The notes: generated from the letters alone by a model not told the origin. Positions 29,980-39,883 are shown, counted from the first letter of the stretch. The stretch is DNA of 64,000 bases from Candidatus Bathyarchaeota archaeon (GCA_018396535.1 JAGTQC010000003.1:988-64987); one strand, 5' to 3'. Numbers and translations: made by a program.

Positions 29980-31182
29980 ATGGCGAAGTATATCGTAGAG
30001 AGGATTCTAGATAACCTGTACCTTTTAAGAATTAATGATGATAGAGTAAAGTTTTTCGAAGCTTTATGGTATATCCCAGAGGGTATAACATATAATGCAT
30101 ACCTATTGACATCTGAAGAAGGTGTTATACTTTTCGATGGATGGAAGAACTGTTATGCTGAAGAATTCGTAGATGCTGTTAGAGAAGTATCCGATCCGGA
30201 GGATATAAGGTACATAGTGGTACACCATGTAGAGCAGGATCATAGCGGTTCTATTCAGAGAATTCTCGAAGCTAATAGCGGTGTAGCAGAAGTCCTATGT
30301 CATCCACTTGCTACTAAGATGCTTCAATCGCTTTATACTACTCCGTTTAGATTCAGGGTGGTTAGGGATGGAGAAGAATTACTTTTAGGTGGTAGAACAT
30401 TGAAGTTTATCTATACTCCATGGCTGCATTGGCCTGAAACTATGGTTAGCTATATCGTAGAGGATGGTGTATTGATTTCATGTGATATCTTTGGAGGCTT
30501 CTCCATACCTTTAATGATATTCGATGATGAAAACGATCTAACAGACTACCTTAAATATGTTCGTAAATATGTGGTAGACATCGTCGGATACTACAGTGAT
30601 TATATACTTAAAGCCTTGGATAAGATGAAGAATTCAGGTATATCCCCTAAGATTATAGCCCCTGCTCACGGGCTTATCTTTCGTAGAAACCCTAGGATTA
30701 TAATGGATTATTATGAGAGGATAGCTAGAGGACTACCTGAGAAAGGTAAGGTGACTATAGTATACAACTCGATGTATGGCTCTGTGTATGAAGCTATCTC
30801 CTACGCTGTCGGATATCTTGAGAAGATGGGTGTTAGGCCTATCGTATTCAGGTTTACCGATTCAGAACACCCGCCTATAGGCGATATACTATCCGAGATA
30901 GTGGATTCAGATGCTCTGATAATAGGGGTCTCTATCTATGAGAACGATCTATTCCCATATATGAGCTATCTACTCGAACTTATGGCTAGGAAGATTCGGG
31001 TAGGTAAACCCATACTATTGATATCATCTTACGGTTGGAGTAGGGTTGCGTCAGCTAAGGTTTCCGAGAAACTAGCTAAAACAAGTTTCGAGATGGTGGG
31101 GGTCGTAGAGTTTCAAGGTCGACCGAGTATAGATGATTTGAGGAAGATTGGTGACGGTATTACTAGGTTACTTAGAGGCTAG
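29980..31182 (+). CDS. Flavodiiron protein (FprA-type; metallo-beta-lactamase + flavodoxin domains)
   Basis: HHVEQDHSG di-iron MBL motif. A C-terminal flavodoxin-like domain. 400 aa. Confidence 0.75.
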   Translation: MAKYIVERILDNLYLLRINDDRVKFFEALWYIPEGITYNAYLLTSEEGVILFDGWKNCYAEEFVDAVREVSDPEDIRYIVVHHVEQDHSGSIQRILEANSGVAEVLCHPLATKMLQSLYTTPFRFRVVRDGEELLLGGRTLKFIYTPWLHWPETMVSYIVEDGVLISCDIFGGFSIPLMIFDDENDLTDYLKYVRKYVVDIVGYYSDYILKALDKMKNSGISPKIIAPAHGLIFRRNPRIIMDYYERIARGLPEKGKVTIVYNSMYGSVYEAISYAVGYLEKMGVRPIVFRFTDSEHPPIGDILSEIVDSDALIIGVSIYENDLFPYMSYLLELMARKIRVGKPILLISSYGWSRVASAKVSEKLAKTSFEMVGVVEFQGRPSIDDLRKIGDGITRLLRG

Positions 31183-31227
31183 ATTATAATCCGTAATAAT
31201 CTCCCTCCTCTAACGTGGTGTTAAATA

Positions 31228-31938
31228 TTGGTTTGGCTCCTAGCTAGAATCGATCCCCCAATTGTATGTCGTATAGTTAGAAGGCTGAATAGGTTCGTAG
31301 TCTTAGTCTCAGTGGATGGAAAGCTTGTTAAAGCCTACCTAAATAATACTGGTAGGCTTAGAGATTATCTTATCGAGGGTAGGTTAGCATACGCTTCTAC
31401 CGCTCCTCCTAATCGAAGAACAACCTATAATCTCTTCGCTATAGATGAGGATGGCTTAGCAGCTTTAATCGATACCCGTCTTCAAACAGTGTTCTTCGAG
31501 GAAGCCTTGAATAGAGGGTTGATACCATGGCTTAGCGGGTTTAGGATAGTTAAAAGGAATGTTCGCCTCTATTCCTCGCTGATAGACTATCTACTTAAAC
31601 TCGAAGAGAAGGATGTGTATATGGAGGTTAAAAGCGCGGTTATGAGGATTGATAGATCCGTAGCTTCATATCCAGATTGCCCATCGATTAGAGGTAGGAA
31701 GCATGTGGAGGATCTTATATCTGCTTCATCTAGAGGTTTAAACTGTGTTATCCTCTTCCTAGCCTCCCTACCCTATGTAGATACATTTAAACCTAATAGT
31801 AGTGTGGACCCGAAGCTAACGGATCTATTGAAACTAGCTATTAGAGCAGGTGTTCTCGTTAAGGCTGTATCCATGTATTATGATCCATCGGATTCATCTA
31901 TATATCTAGATAACCCTGAGCTTAGAGTAGAATTATAA
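31228..31938 (+). CDS. sfsA: SfsA (sugar fermentation stimulation protein) family nuclease-fold protein
   Basis: RRLNRFVVLVSVDGKLVKAYLNNTGRL matches the SfsA N-terminal signature (KRYKRF...DG...HCPNTG). TTG start. Confidence 0.55.
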   Translation: MVWLLARIDPPIVCRIVRRLNRFVVLVSVDGKLVKAYLNNTGRLRDYLIEGRLAYASTAPPNRRTTYNLFAIDEDGLAALIDTRLQTVFFEEALNRGLIPWLSGFRIVKRNVRLYSSLIDYLLKLEEKDVYMEVKSAVMRIDRSVASYPDCPSIRGRKHVEDLISASSRGLNCVILFLASLPYVDTFKPNSSVDPKLTDLLKLAIRAGVLVKAVSMYYDPSDSSIYLDNPELRVEL

Positions 31939-31949
31939 ATCAGGGTATA

Positions 31950-32588
31950 GTGGCTGTGATAGAGCAGCTCCTGGATAGGGTAAGGTATTTAATCGGGAGT
32001 AGTGTAGGGGAGAGAGTTAGACTTAGGATGGAGGAGTTTAGAAGACTGGGTAGGTATGGGTCTGATAAGGATCTATTCTTGGAGCTATGCTTCTGTATAC
32101 TCACTGCCAGATTTAGTGCTGAAAGATGTATACGTATACAGGAGAGGATGGGTGAGGGGTTTATAACGCTACCGGAGGATTATCTAGCTAGAGAGTTGAA
32201 GAAGCTCGGTCATAGGTATCCATATATCAGAGCTAGGTATATAGTTGAAGCTAGACGGCATATACATAAACTTAGATGGCTTATAGACTCCTTCGATAAC
32301 GGTGTAGAAGCTAGATCCTGGCTTATCGAGAATATCAAGGGTCTAGGATATAAGGAGGCCAGCCATTTCTTAAGGAATGTAGGGTTTGATGATGTAGCTA
32401 TAATCGATTTCCATATACTAAACCTCCTAGCTAGGTATGGTATAATAGAGAAGCCTAAGACTTTAACTCCTAGAAGGTACCGTGAGATAGAATCTATACT
32501 TAGAGTTATAGCTTCAAAGCTGAATGTAACATTGGGTGAGCTAGACCTATACTTGTGGTATATAGAAACGGGAAAAATACTTAAGTAA
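31950..32588 (+). CDS. ogg: N-glycosylase/DNA lyase (archaeal Ogg2-type 8-oxoguanine DNA glycosylase, HhH-GPD)
   Basis: Size (~212 aa), LFLELCFCILTARFSAE..., and a GLGYKEASHFLRNVG HhH-GPD motif with an FDDVAIIDFH catalytic region. Confidence 0.6.
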   Translation: MAVIEQLLDRVRYLIGSSVGERVRLRMEEFRRLGRYGSDKDLFLELCFCILTARFSAERCIRIQERMGEGFITLPEDYLARELKKLGHRYPYIRARYIVEARRHIHKLRWLIDSFDNGVEARSWLIENIKGLGYKEASHFLRNVGFDDVAIIDFHILNLLARYGIIEKPKTLTPRRYREIESILRVIASKLNVTLGELDLYLWYIETGKILK

Positions 32589-32611
32589 TTTATGGAATCG
32601 AGTAATCCTCC

Positions 32612-33268
32612 CTATTTAAGTTCGTATGCAAATATTATATCATTCCTTCGAGGTATACCGAATCTACCTACCTCCTCGTGAGCGAGATCACGAGTGTATA
32701 GTATCTTACCACCGAGCATATACTCCGCTATGAAGGCTGGTATATTATCATTTTCATGGGATACTATAAGTCTCTTAACATTATTTTCGTAAGCTATCTG
32801 CTTCAGCTTATCTATCATAAGTCTGAATAATCCTGTGCCTTGGTATCTTGGGTGAACGCTCATCTTCCAGTATTGTATAGAGATATTCTCCTCTGGATCC
32901 ATGGTGAAGAGGAAATCTAGGAATCCAGCTGGCTCTCCATCTATGTAAATGCATAGTGTCTTTACGTTATACTCTTTATGCTTATATGGGTAGAAGTCTG
33001 GTGGAATCCACTCCCTGGATAGATCGATACTCTCGGCTGGAGGGTATCCGAGGATATCCCATAGCGTCTCAAATACACTTCTCTTCTTCGGATCTTGCTT
33101 CATCTTATCTGTAATCTCGATTTGTATATCTCCGCTTATCTCGGGTCTAGATATATGGTGTGCTCCGATGATAGCTACTCTGGCACACCTATAGCATAGA
33201 TATTCTCCATCTATAGCGCATCTATACTGTGCTATCCTACCACATCTTGTGCATATAGGTATCTCCAT
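32612..33268 (-). CDS. GNAT-family N-acetyltransferase with an N-terminal C4 zinc-ribbon
   Basis: CTRCG...CYRC zinc ribbon. C-terminal HPRYQGTGLFRLM acetyl-CoA binding motif. Confidence 0.55.
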   Translation of the reverse strand: MEIPICTRCGRIAQYRCAIDGEYLCYRCARVAIIGAHHISRPEISGDIQIEITDKMKQDPKKRSVFETLWDILGYPPAESIDLSREWIPPDFYPYKHKEYNVKTLCIYIDGEPAGFLDFLFTMDPEENISIQYWKMSVHPRYQGTGLFRLMIDKLKQIAYENNVKRLIVSHENDNIPAFIAEYMLGGKILYTRDLAHEEVGRFGIPRRNDIIFAYELK

Positions 33269-33397
33269 ACATGATACACCTCGAAGATTAGGATCAAAGG
33301 ATAGCTGAACTCGAGTGGTATAAGTTTTCTCTATCCAGTTATATCAGGAGAAAATTCTAAGCTAGCAACATAATATATATATAGATGGTTTAGCGGC

Positions 33398-34030
33398 ATG
33401 AATATCCTTAATGTAGTGAAGGTAGTTGTAGGTCCTCTAGCAACGAACTGTTATATAGTATGGTGTGAATCTACACGTGAATCCTGTATAATAGATCCAG
33501 GTTTCGAAGGGGAGGTTATAATCGAGAGGGTTGAAGATCTAGATTTACATGTGACTACGCTATTATGTACTCATGCACATTTCGATCATATAGGAGCTGC
33601 AAGCTTCATTAGGGATAGGTTTGAAGCAAAACTATGTATTCATGAAGCTGATACACCCTACCTAGATACATATTCTAGGATGGCTGAAGATTTCGGTTTC
33701 AATAGGGTAGATACACCTAGTCCAGATATACTTCTAAAGGATGGCGTTATCCTACGTATAGGTGAATCGAAGTTGAAAATTATACATACGCCTGGGCATA
33801 CGCCTGGAAGCTGCTCTATAATCTCTGAAGGTAGAGTATTTACTGGTGATACATTATTCTCGGGTAGTACTGGTAGATGGGATCTACCAGGTGGTAGTTT
33901 CTACTATCTCAAACTTTCGTTAAAGCGGTTGATGATGTTACCTACCGATACGCTGATCCTACCTGGTCACGGGCCATATACTACGATATGGAGGGAGAGA
34001 ATGTATAATCCATTGATAAGGTGTCTATGA
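33398..34030 (+). CDS. MBL-fold metallo-hydrolase (glyoxalase II-like)
   Basis: THAHFDHIGA HxHxDH motif. HTPGHTPG. 210 aa. Confidence 0.75.
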   Translation: MNILNVVKVVVGPLATNCYIVWCESTRESCIIDPGFEGEVIIERVEDLDLHVTTLLCTHAHFDHIGAASFIRDRFEAKLCIHEADTPYLDTYSRMAEDFGFNRVDTPSPDILLKDGVILRIGESKLKIIHTPGHTPGSCSIISEGRVFTGDTLFSGSTGRWDLPGGSFYYLKLSLKRLMMLPTDTLILPGHGPYTTIWRERMYNPLIRCL

Positions 34031-34081
34031 GCATCGGTGGTTTACCCTTGTAGGGATGTTAAACTTTAAGATGGTTATTGT

Positions 34082-34378
34082 ATGTGTATAGTAGTGTTGT
34101 GGGGTATGCCTCGTTATATACTGAGGGTTTGTATGCCTGCTAGGGATTGGCATAGAGTATCTGATTTCGTATCCGATATAAAGAATTCCAGGGTTATAAA
34201 ACGTATAGTGACGAGAATATTTCCTGATAGACCTGATTTAGATGCGTTAGAATTGGTTCTTTTAATCGAGTGTTCGAAGAGTTATGTGTTGGAGATCGAG
34301 AGGGAGCTGGCATCTAGGACTTGCGGTACCATAGGCTTCTTCGTGATATATCCTCTAACCGATAACTCGATGGCTTAA
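34082..34378 (+). CDS. Small hypothetical protein (98 aa) upstream of the GH127 gene; coding status uncertain
   Basis: ORF only. No recognisable motif. Confidence 0.2.
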   Translation: MCIVVLWGMPRYILRVCMPARDWHRVSDFVSDIKNSRVIKRIVTRIFPDRPDLDALELVLLIECSKSYVLEIERELASRTCGTIGFFVIYPLTDNSMA

Positions 34379-34398
34379 CTCTTGGAGAAACTAATTAT

Positions 34399-36303
34399 AT
34401 GTGTAGGTGGATAAGTATGCCCTATAATACCGTTATCATAGATACATCATCTAGTCCGTATGCTAAGCTTCACCCTATACCTATCGAAGAAGTACGTCTT
34501 GAAGATGGATTTTGGGCTCCTAGGCTTAAGATTCTTAGAGAGGTTACCATTCCATCTCAGTACAGTCTACTTGAGAGTACTGGGCGTATCGATAACTTTA
34601 GACGTGCAGCAGGGAAGGTATCTAAACCGTTTTCAGGCTTGATCTTCAACGATAGCGATGTATATAAGTGGATAGAAGCTGTAGCATTCCTTCTCGCATA
34701 TGGTTTCGATGAGAATCTCTACAAGCTCTCCAGATCTGTTGTAGAGGAGGTTGTAGCTGCTCAGGATGATGATGGTTATCTCAATACATACTTCATGTTT
34801 GAATTTAAGAATATGAGATGGCGTAACCTTAGAGATAGCCATGAGTTATACTGTGCTGGCCATCTTATGCAAGCTGGGGTAGCATACTATAGATCTACCG
34901 GTAGGAGGGATCTTCTCGATTCTGCTATAAGGTTTGCGGATAACATATACGATACATTCGTAGCTAAAGGCTTCCGATGCGTAGATGGTCATCCTGAAGT
35001 TGAGATGGCTTTAGTAGAATTATACCGTACGATCAGGGATAGTAGGTATCTAGATCTAGCATGCTTCTTCATAGATAATCGAGGTCTAGGTCTTATAGGT
35101 GGAAGTCCATACCATATAGATCACAAACCGTTTAGAGAGCTTTCAGAGATAGTGGGGCATGCGGTACGTGCACTCTACTTGAATTGTGGAGCTACAGATG
35201 TATACATGGAGATAGGGGATGATAGGATTTGGGAAGCGTTACAGCGTCTATGGCGTAGTATGGTGTATCGTAAGATGTATATAACGGGGGGTGTCGGATC
35301 CAGGTATGAGGGTGAAGCCTTCGGTGATGATTATGAGCTTCCAAATTATAGAGCATATTCTGAAACTTGTGCTGCGATAGCTAGCTTCATGTGGAATTGG
35401 AGGATGCTTAACGCTAGTATGGATGCATGCTATACGGATATTATGGAGCTTGCATTGTATAACGCTATCCTATCAGGTATATCGTTGGATGGTAGATCAT
35501 ACTTCTATGTAAACCCGTTAGCGGATAGGGGTCGTCATAGGAGGCAGGATTGGTTTACATGTGCATGCTGCCCACCTAATATAGCTAGGCTTATAGCTTC
35601 GATCCCAGGGTATATCTATTCTAAATCCGTAGATGGGTTATGGGTTAACCTGTATATTCAGAGTACGGTTTCTACTAATCTAGAATGTGGTAGAGTTAGG
35701 TTGAAGCAGGTTACCGATTACCCATGGGATGGTAGGGTGAAGCTTATTGTCGAGCCGGAGAGGGAGGATGAATTCTCCATATACATACGTATACCTGGAT
35801 GGTGTCGTAACTTTAGCGTAGAGGTTGATAGGGAGAGGATCGATGCTAAGGTTAGGCCGCCGTCATATCTAGAGGTTAGACGGGTATGGAGGTATGGGGA
35901 TTACATAAGTTTGTATATGGATATGCCTGTAGAGCTTATGGTTTCTCATCCATGGGTTACCGAGAATAGTAGTAGAGTCTCTATAGTGAGAGGTCCGTTA
36001 GTATATTGTGTAGAGCAGGTTGATAATGAGGGGTTTGATATATGGGATCTAGCTATCGATCGTAGTATAAGATTCGAGTTGAAGCTATGTGAGGATTTTT
36101 TAGGACGTATAGTGAGGATAGTGGGGGATGGGTATACCTTAGAGTTTGAAGGTGGAGAGATGCTCTATACCAATATAGATAATCTACGTTATAGGGTTAG
36201 AAGGGTTAGGTTTAATGCTATACCCTACTATGCTTGGGCGAATAGGGGTCCTGGATCTATGATCGTATGGATCCGTTTAATCGATGGGTATTTGAAAGTA
36301 TAG
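34399..36303 (+). CDS. Glycoside hydrolase family 127 (DUF1680) beta-L-arabinofuranosidase-like
   Basis: CACCPPN zinc/catalytic cysteine motif characteristic of GH127 (HypBA1-type). 634 aa. Confidence 0.75.
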   Translation: MCRWISMPYNTVIIDTSSSPYAKLHPIPIEEVRLEDGFWAPRLKILREVTIPSQYSLLESTGRIDNFRRAAGKVSKPFSGLIFNDSDVYKWIEAVAFLLAYGFDENLYKLSRSVVEEVVAAQDDDGYLNTYFMFEFKNMRWRNLRDSHELYCAGHLMQAGVAYYRSTGRRDLLDSAIRFADNIYDTFVAKGFRCVDGHPEVEMALVELYRTIRDSRYLDLACFFIDNRGLGLIGGSPYHIDHKPFRELSEIVGHAVRALYLNCGATDVYMEIGDDRIWEALQRLWRSMVYRKMYITGGVGSRYEGEAFGDDYELPNYRAYSETCAAIASFMWNWRMLNASMDACYTDIMELALYNAILSGISLDGRSYFYVNPLADRGRHRRQDWFTCACCPPNIARLIASIPGYIYSKSVDGLWVNLYIQSTVSTNLECGRVRLKQVTDYPWDGRVKLIVEPEREDEFSIYIRIPGWCRNFSVEVDRERIDAKVRPPSYLEVRRVWRYGDYISLYMDMPVELMVSHPWVTENSSRVSIVRGPLVYCVEQVDNEGFDIWDLAIDRSIRFELKLCEDFLGRIVRIVGDGYTLEFEGGEMLYTNIDNLRYRVRRVRFNAIPYYAWANRGPGSMIVWIRLIDGYLKV

Positions 36304-36308
36304 TCTTG

Positions 36309-37712
36309 TTATCTGAAGTGTTTAGCCATCTCCTCGTTCTCGCTTATGGATAGTAGAGCGTTTATTACGCCTTCAGCCTGCCTGGTATTCTTTGTTCTAA
36401 CATCTACTATCACCCAGTTGAATAGCGTATCTCTCCCACCTTCTAGATATGCTTCGAGAGCCCACTCCATCCTAAGGAGTCTGGGGTAGATTACGTAGTT
36501 CATTATACGTTTAGGTAGCTTCTTTACTCCAATCCTATGTACACCCTTTCCATCTATCTCTACAGGTATCTCTACAGCTACGTTATCTGGTATACCCTCT
36601 ACTACTCCTTGATTCGTAACGTTAACCTGGTAGACCCCCCTTATATCGTTTACTATAGAGTCTATGATAGGTACTATCGATTCTCTACTCTTCCTAGGTT
36701 GTAGTAGTTGAGTTAGCGGTGTCGTTTCATCTTTTATAGCGGATATAGCTTTATTCAGCCATTCTTCATGTCTATCTAGGTAGATCTTCCATCCGATCTC
36801 TGAATCTGGTCCACCGGTAGGTCCGAACCATCTCTTCTTAACTCTCAGATTCCAGTGGTATTTCCATGTTCCTCCACGTACTGTATCACCTACAGGGTAT
36901 AATCCGTAGCATCTATACATATCTACTGCAGCTGGAGACATCTGTATATCGAATGGGCTTCTCTGCTTTCTACGCCATATCCTCCAGTACCTCTCTGAAT
37001 CCTTCTCTATCCATTCATCTATGAGTGGGTATGCATCCCTATCATCATACCTAAACTTTGTAAGCCAGATTACATGGTTGAATCCTATACACTCGAACTC
37101 GACCTTCTCCGGATCTAATCCTATCGTCTCCGCTATCTCGGAGTAGCCTAGATGCCCATGGCATAAGCCTACAACCTTAACCTTTGTCTCCCTGGAGAGT
37201 AGTGTTGTTCCCTCGAATACAGGGTTTGCTAGTAGGAATAGCCATGCATCTCTGCTTAGATCCTCTACATCTCTAGCTATATCCATCATGAGTTTGAACT
37301 GGTAGTAGCCCCATATCGTATGGTAGTCTGATACCATATTCCACTCGACGCTGTTTATACCTCTATAGTAGCCGTATTCTTCGCATATACTCCGCATCCT
37401 CTCGTAGTATCCATGCCCGCGGGCTAGGGCTGTATTTATAACGAAATCTGCATCCTCTATGGATTCCCTCCTATCAAGCGTCTTCTCGAATTTGAATTCA
37501 GCTTTAACTTCGGATGCATATCTCCTTGCGAAATCGTATACGAGGTTTAGCCTCTCCTCGTTTATATCCATGAAGGAGATCGTGCTCCCGTAGAGGCTGG
37601 GTGTGAGGCATAGGTCGCGGATTAGGGTTGCAGACCAAGCTATACTACCAGCGCCTATTACAGAAATCTTTATATCTATCATAGATTCCACCGAACGATA
37701 TAGATCATCCAC
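36309..37712 (-). CDS. Glycoside hydrolase family 4 (NAD+/Mn2+-dependent alpha-glucosidase/galactosidase or 6-phospho-glycosidase family)
   Basis: N-terminal ISVIGAGSIAW Rossmann motif and a VGLCHGH motif typical of GH4. 467 aa. Confidence 0.75.
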   Translation of the reverse strand: MDDLYRSVESMIDIKISVIGAGSIAWSATLIRDLCLTPSLYGSTISFMDINEERLNLVYDFARRYASEVKAEFKFEKTLDRRESIEDADFVINTALARGHGYYERMRSICEEYGYYRGINSVEWNMVSDYHTIWGYYQFKLMMDIARDVEDLSRDAWLFLLANPVFEGTTLLSRETKVKVVGLCHGHLGYSEIAETIGLDPEKVEFECIGFNHVIWLTKFRYDDRDAYPLIDEWIEKDSERYWRIWRRKQRSPFDIQMSPAAVDMYRCYGLYPVGDTVRGGTWKYHWNLRVKKRWFGPTGGPDSEIGWKIYLDRHEEWLNKAISAIKDETTPLTQLLQPRKSRESIVPIIDSIVNDIRGVYQVNVTNQGVVEGIPDNVAVEIPVEIDGKGVHRIGVKKLPKRIMNYVIYPRLLRMEWALEAYLEGGRDTLFNWVIVDVRTKNTRQAEGVINALLSISENEEMAKHFR

Positions 37713-37772
37713 TAATCCTCTTAAGCTTTACGTATATGGTCTAGGATCTGCTAGGTTTATTATCGTATTAGG

Positions 37773-38162
37773 TTAGCCTATTAGGCGGTCTATTATAGTC
37801 TTAACCTTCTCTATCTTCTTCAACATATGCTCCAGATACTCTATACCTTCATCTGTTATAGTGTATATCCTTTTAGCTGGGCCTCCATCATCTGTCTCCC
37901 ATCTAGAGTGTAGTAAGCCGTGTGCTTCTAGTTTACGTAGTAACCCGTATACGAGTGGTTTAGGTACATCTAGATTATACTTCTCCTTTAGGAGTGAGTG
38001 TATTTCGCTTCCATGCATAGACTTCTCCTTAACTAGTTTGAGTATAGCTATGTGGAGTAGTCCACGTATAGGTCCGAGATGTATCGGGGGGTGGTGTGGA
38101 TGGGGTAGCCTATGCTCGCATCCATGTGGATGTTTAGGGTGTATGTGTGGATCTATACACAT
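37773..38162 (-). CDS. PadR-family winged-helix transcriptional regulator with a His-rich N-terminal extension
   Basis: LLHIAILKLVKEKSMHGSEI...YGLLRKLEAHGLL PadR core. N-terminal HIHPKHPHGCEHRLPHPHHPPIH. Confidence 0.75.
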   Translation of the reverse strand: MCIDPHIHPKHPHGCEHRLPHPHHPPIHLGPIRGLLHIAILKLVKEKSMHGSEIHSLLKEKYNLDVPKPLVYGLLRKLEAHGLLHSRWETDDGGPAKRIYTITDEGIEYLEHMLKKIEKVKTIIDRLIG

Positions 38163-38168
38163 GTCTAC

Positions 38169-38202
38169 TCAGATATCTAGGTATATCAGATATCTAGATA
38201 TA
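38169..38202. promoter_or_regulatory. Two direct copies of TCAGATATCTAG(G/A)TATA, each with an AGATATCT palindrome, in the divergent PadR/GH51 intergenic region; candidate PadR operator
   Basis: Copies at 38169-38185 and 38186-38202, 7 nt upstream of the PadR ATG. Confidence 0.4.
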
Positions 38203-38260
38203 AGTGTTTACCATCATCGAGGATAGAGATTGTTTCTAAAGATTTAAGTCTAGTAGATGG

Positions 38261-39814
38261 GTGTTAACTCTCTCTTCTAGGGGGTTATGGATGGGGTGTT
38301 GTAGGTTAGTCGTAGGGTTGGATGAACGTGTAAGCGATATAGATCCTAATATCTTTGGGCATTTTATCGAGCATCTTGGGCGTTGTATATATCATGGTAT
38401 ATGGGTTGGTAGAGGTTCTGATATACCTAATATTGATGGTTTGAGGATGGATGTAGTAGAGGCTTTCAGATCTATCGGTGTGCCTATTATTAGATGGCCT
38501 GGCGGCTGTTTCGCGGATACGTATCACTGGATGGATGGTGTTGGTCCTGTGGAGCGTAGGCCTAGGAGGGTTAATATATGGTGGGGTGGTGAGGAGACTA
38601 ACGAGTTTGGGACGGATGAGTTTATTAAGTTATGTAGGCTTGTAGGTGCTGAGCCGTATATATGCGTGAATGTTGGCTCCGGTAGTCCTGAGGAGGCTGC
38701 TGCTTGGCTTGAATACTGTAACTATACTGGTGGTAGTAGGTATGCGAGGCTTAGGGTTGAGAATGGTTATCCAGAGCCGTATAGGGTTAGGTATTGGGGT
38801 GTTGGTAATGAGAGTTGGGGTTGTGGCGGATCGTTTGATCCTGTATACTATGCTTGGGAGTATCGTAGGTTTGCTACATTTCTTAAACAGACTGATCCAT
38901 CGGTTAAACTAGTAGCTTGCGGGCATACATCTACCGATTGGAATCTACGCTTAATGGAGTCTTTGAGGAATTTCATCCATCTAATCGATTACCTATCTAT
39001 ACACTACTACTTCTTCCGTAATCATCAACGTTATGGTGGTGATGTTGATTTCACAGATGAGCAGTATCTGAATCTTTTATTCGATATTCAGCATCTAGAG
39101 TATGAGATTAAGCAGGCTATATCTATAGTAGACTTCTTCTCCGAGGGTAGGAAGGATGTATGGATAGCTGTGGATGAGTGGGGTGTATGGCATCCTCAAG
39201 CTACTACCGAGAATGGATTATACCAGCAGAATACTCTTAGAGATGCTATACTAGCAGCATCCATCCTCAACCTATTCATCAAATATTCGAGGAGGGTTAG
39301 GATGGCTAATATAGCTCAAGCTGTTAACGTACTACAGAGTATATGTTTAACTAGGGGTAGGGATACGGTTCTAACACCTACATACCATGTTTTCAAATTG
39401 TATAAGCCTCATATAGCTGGTATAGCTTTGGGAACGAGGGTTGAATCCCCCGTCATAAAGGAGCCATCTAGAGATGATTTCGTAGGTCTCCGCGGTGTTC
39501 GTAGAAGGCTTGAATCTCTGAAAGCTATAGATGCATCAGCATCTATAGATCTAAATAGTAGTAGACTAGTTATAACTATAGTGAATAGAAGTCTAGATGA
39601 AGATATCGATATAGAAGTGGTAGTTAACGGAGGATACAGGATAGCTGAGAGTGAATACGCATACATAACATCTAAAAGTGTAAGATCCTACAACGATTTC
39701 GATACACCTAACAATATACGTATAACCGAGGAATCCATAGATATCAAGAGTAACAGATTCACCCTAAACCTTCAGAAACATTCGATAAATAGGCTAATAC
39801 TAAAGCTAAGCTGA
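38261..39814 (+). CDS. abfA: GH51 alpha-L-arabinofuranosidase
   Basis: NIFGHFIEHLGRCIYHGIWVG...WPGGCFAD...WGVGNESWGCGG motifs typical of GH51. 517 aa. Confidence 0.8.
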   Translation: MLTLSSRGLWMGCCRLVVGLDERVSDIDPNIFGHFIEHLGRCIYHGIWVGRGSDIPNIDGLRMDVVEAFRSIGVPIIRWPGGCFADTYHWMDGVGPVERRPRRVNIWWGGEETNEFGTDEFIKLCRLVGAEPYICVNVGSGSPEEAAAWLEYCNYTGGSRYARLRVENGYPEPYRVRYWGVGNESWGCGGSFDPVYYAWEYRRFATFLKQTDPSVKLVACGHTSTDWNLRLMESLRNFIHLIDYLSIHYYFFRNHQRYGGDVDFTDEQYLNLLFDIQHLEYEIKQAISIVDFFSEGRKDVWIAVDEWGVWHPQATTENGLYQQNTLRDAILAASILNLFIKYSRRVRMANIAQAVNVLQSICLTRGRDTVLTPTYHVFKLYKPHIAGIALGTRVESPVIKEPSRDDFVGLRGVRRRLESLKAIDASASIDLNSSRLVITIVNRSLDEDIDIEVVVNGGYRIAESEYAYITSKSVRSYNDFDTPNNIRITEESIDIKSNRFTLNLQKHSINRLILKLS

Positions 39815-39883
39815 TGGTTGAAATCCATATAGAATGTTATGGAAAAACTAGGAGGGGGTATACCAGATACCTATATACATAGA

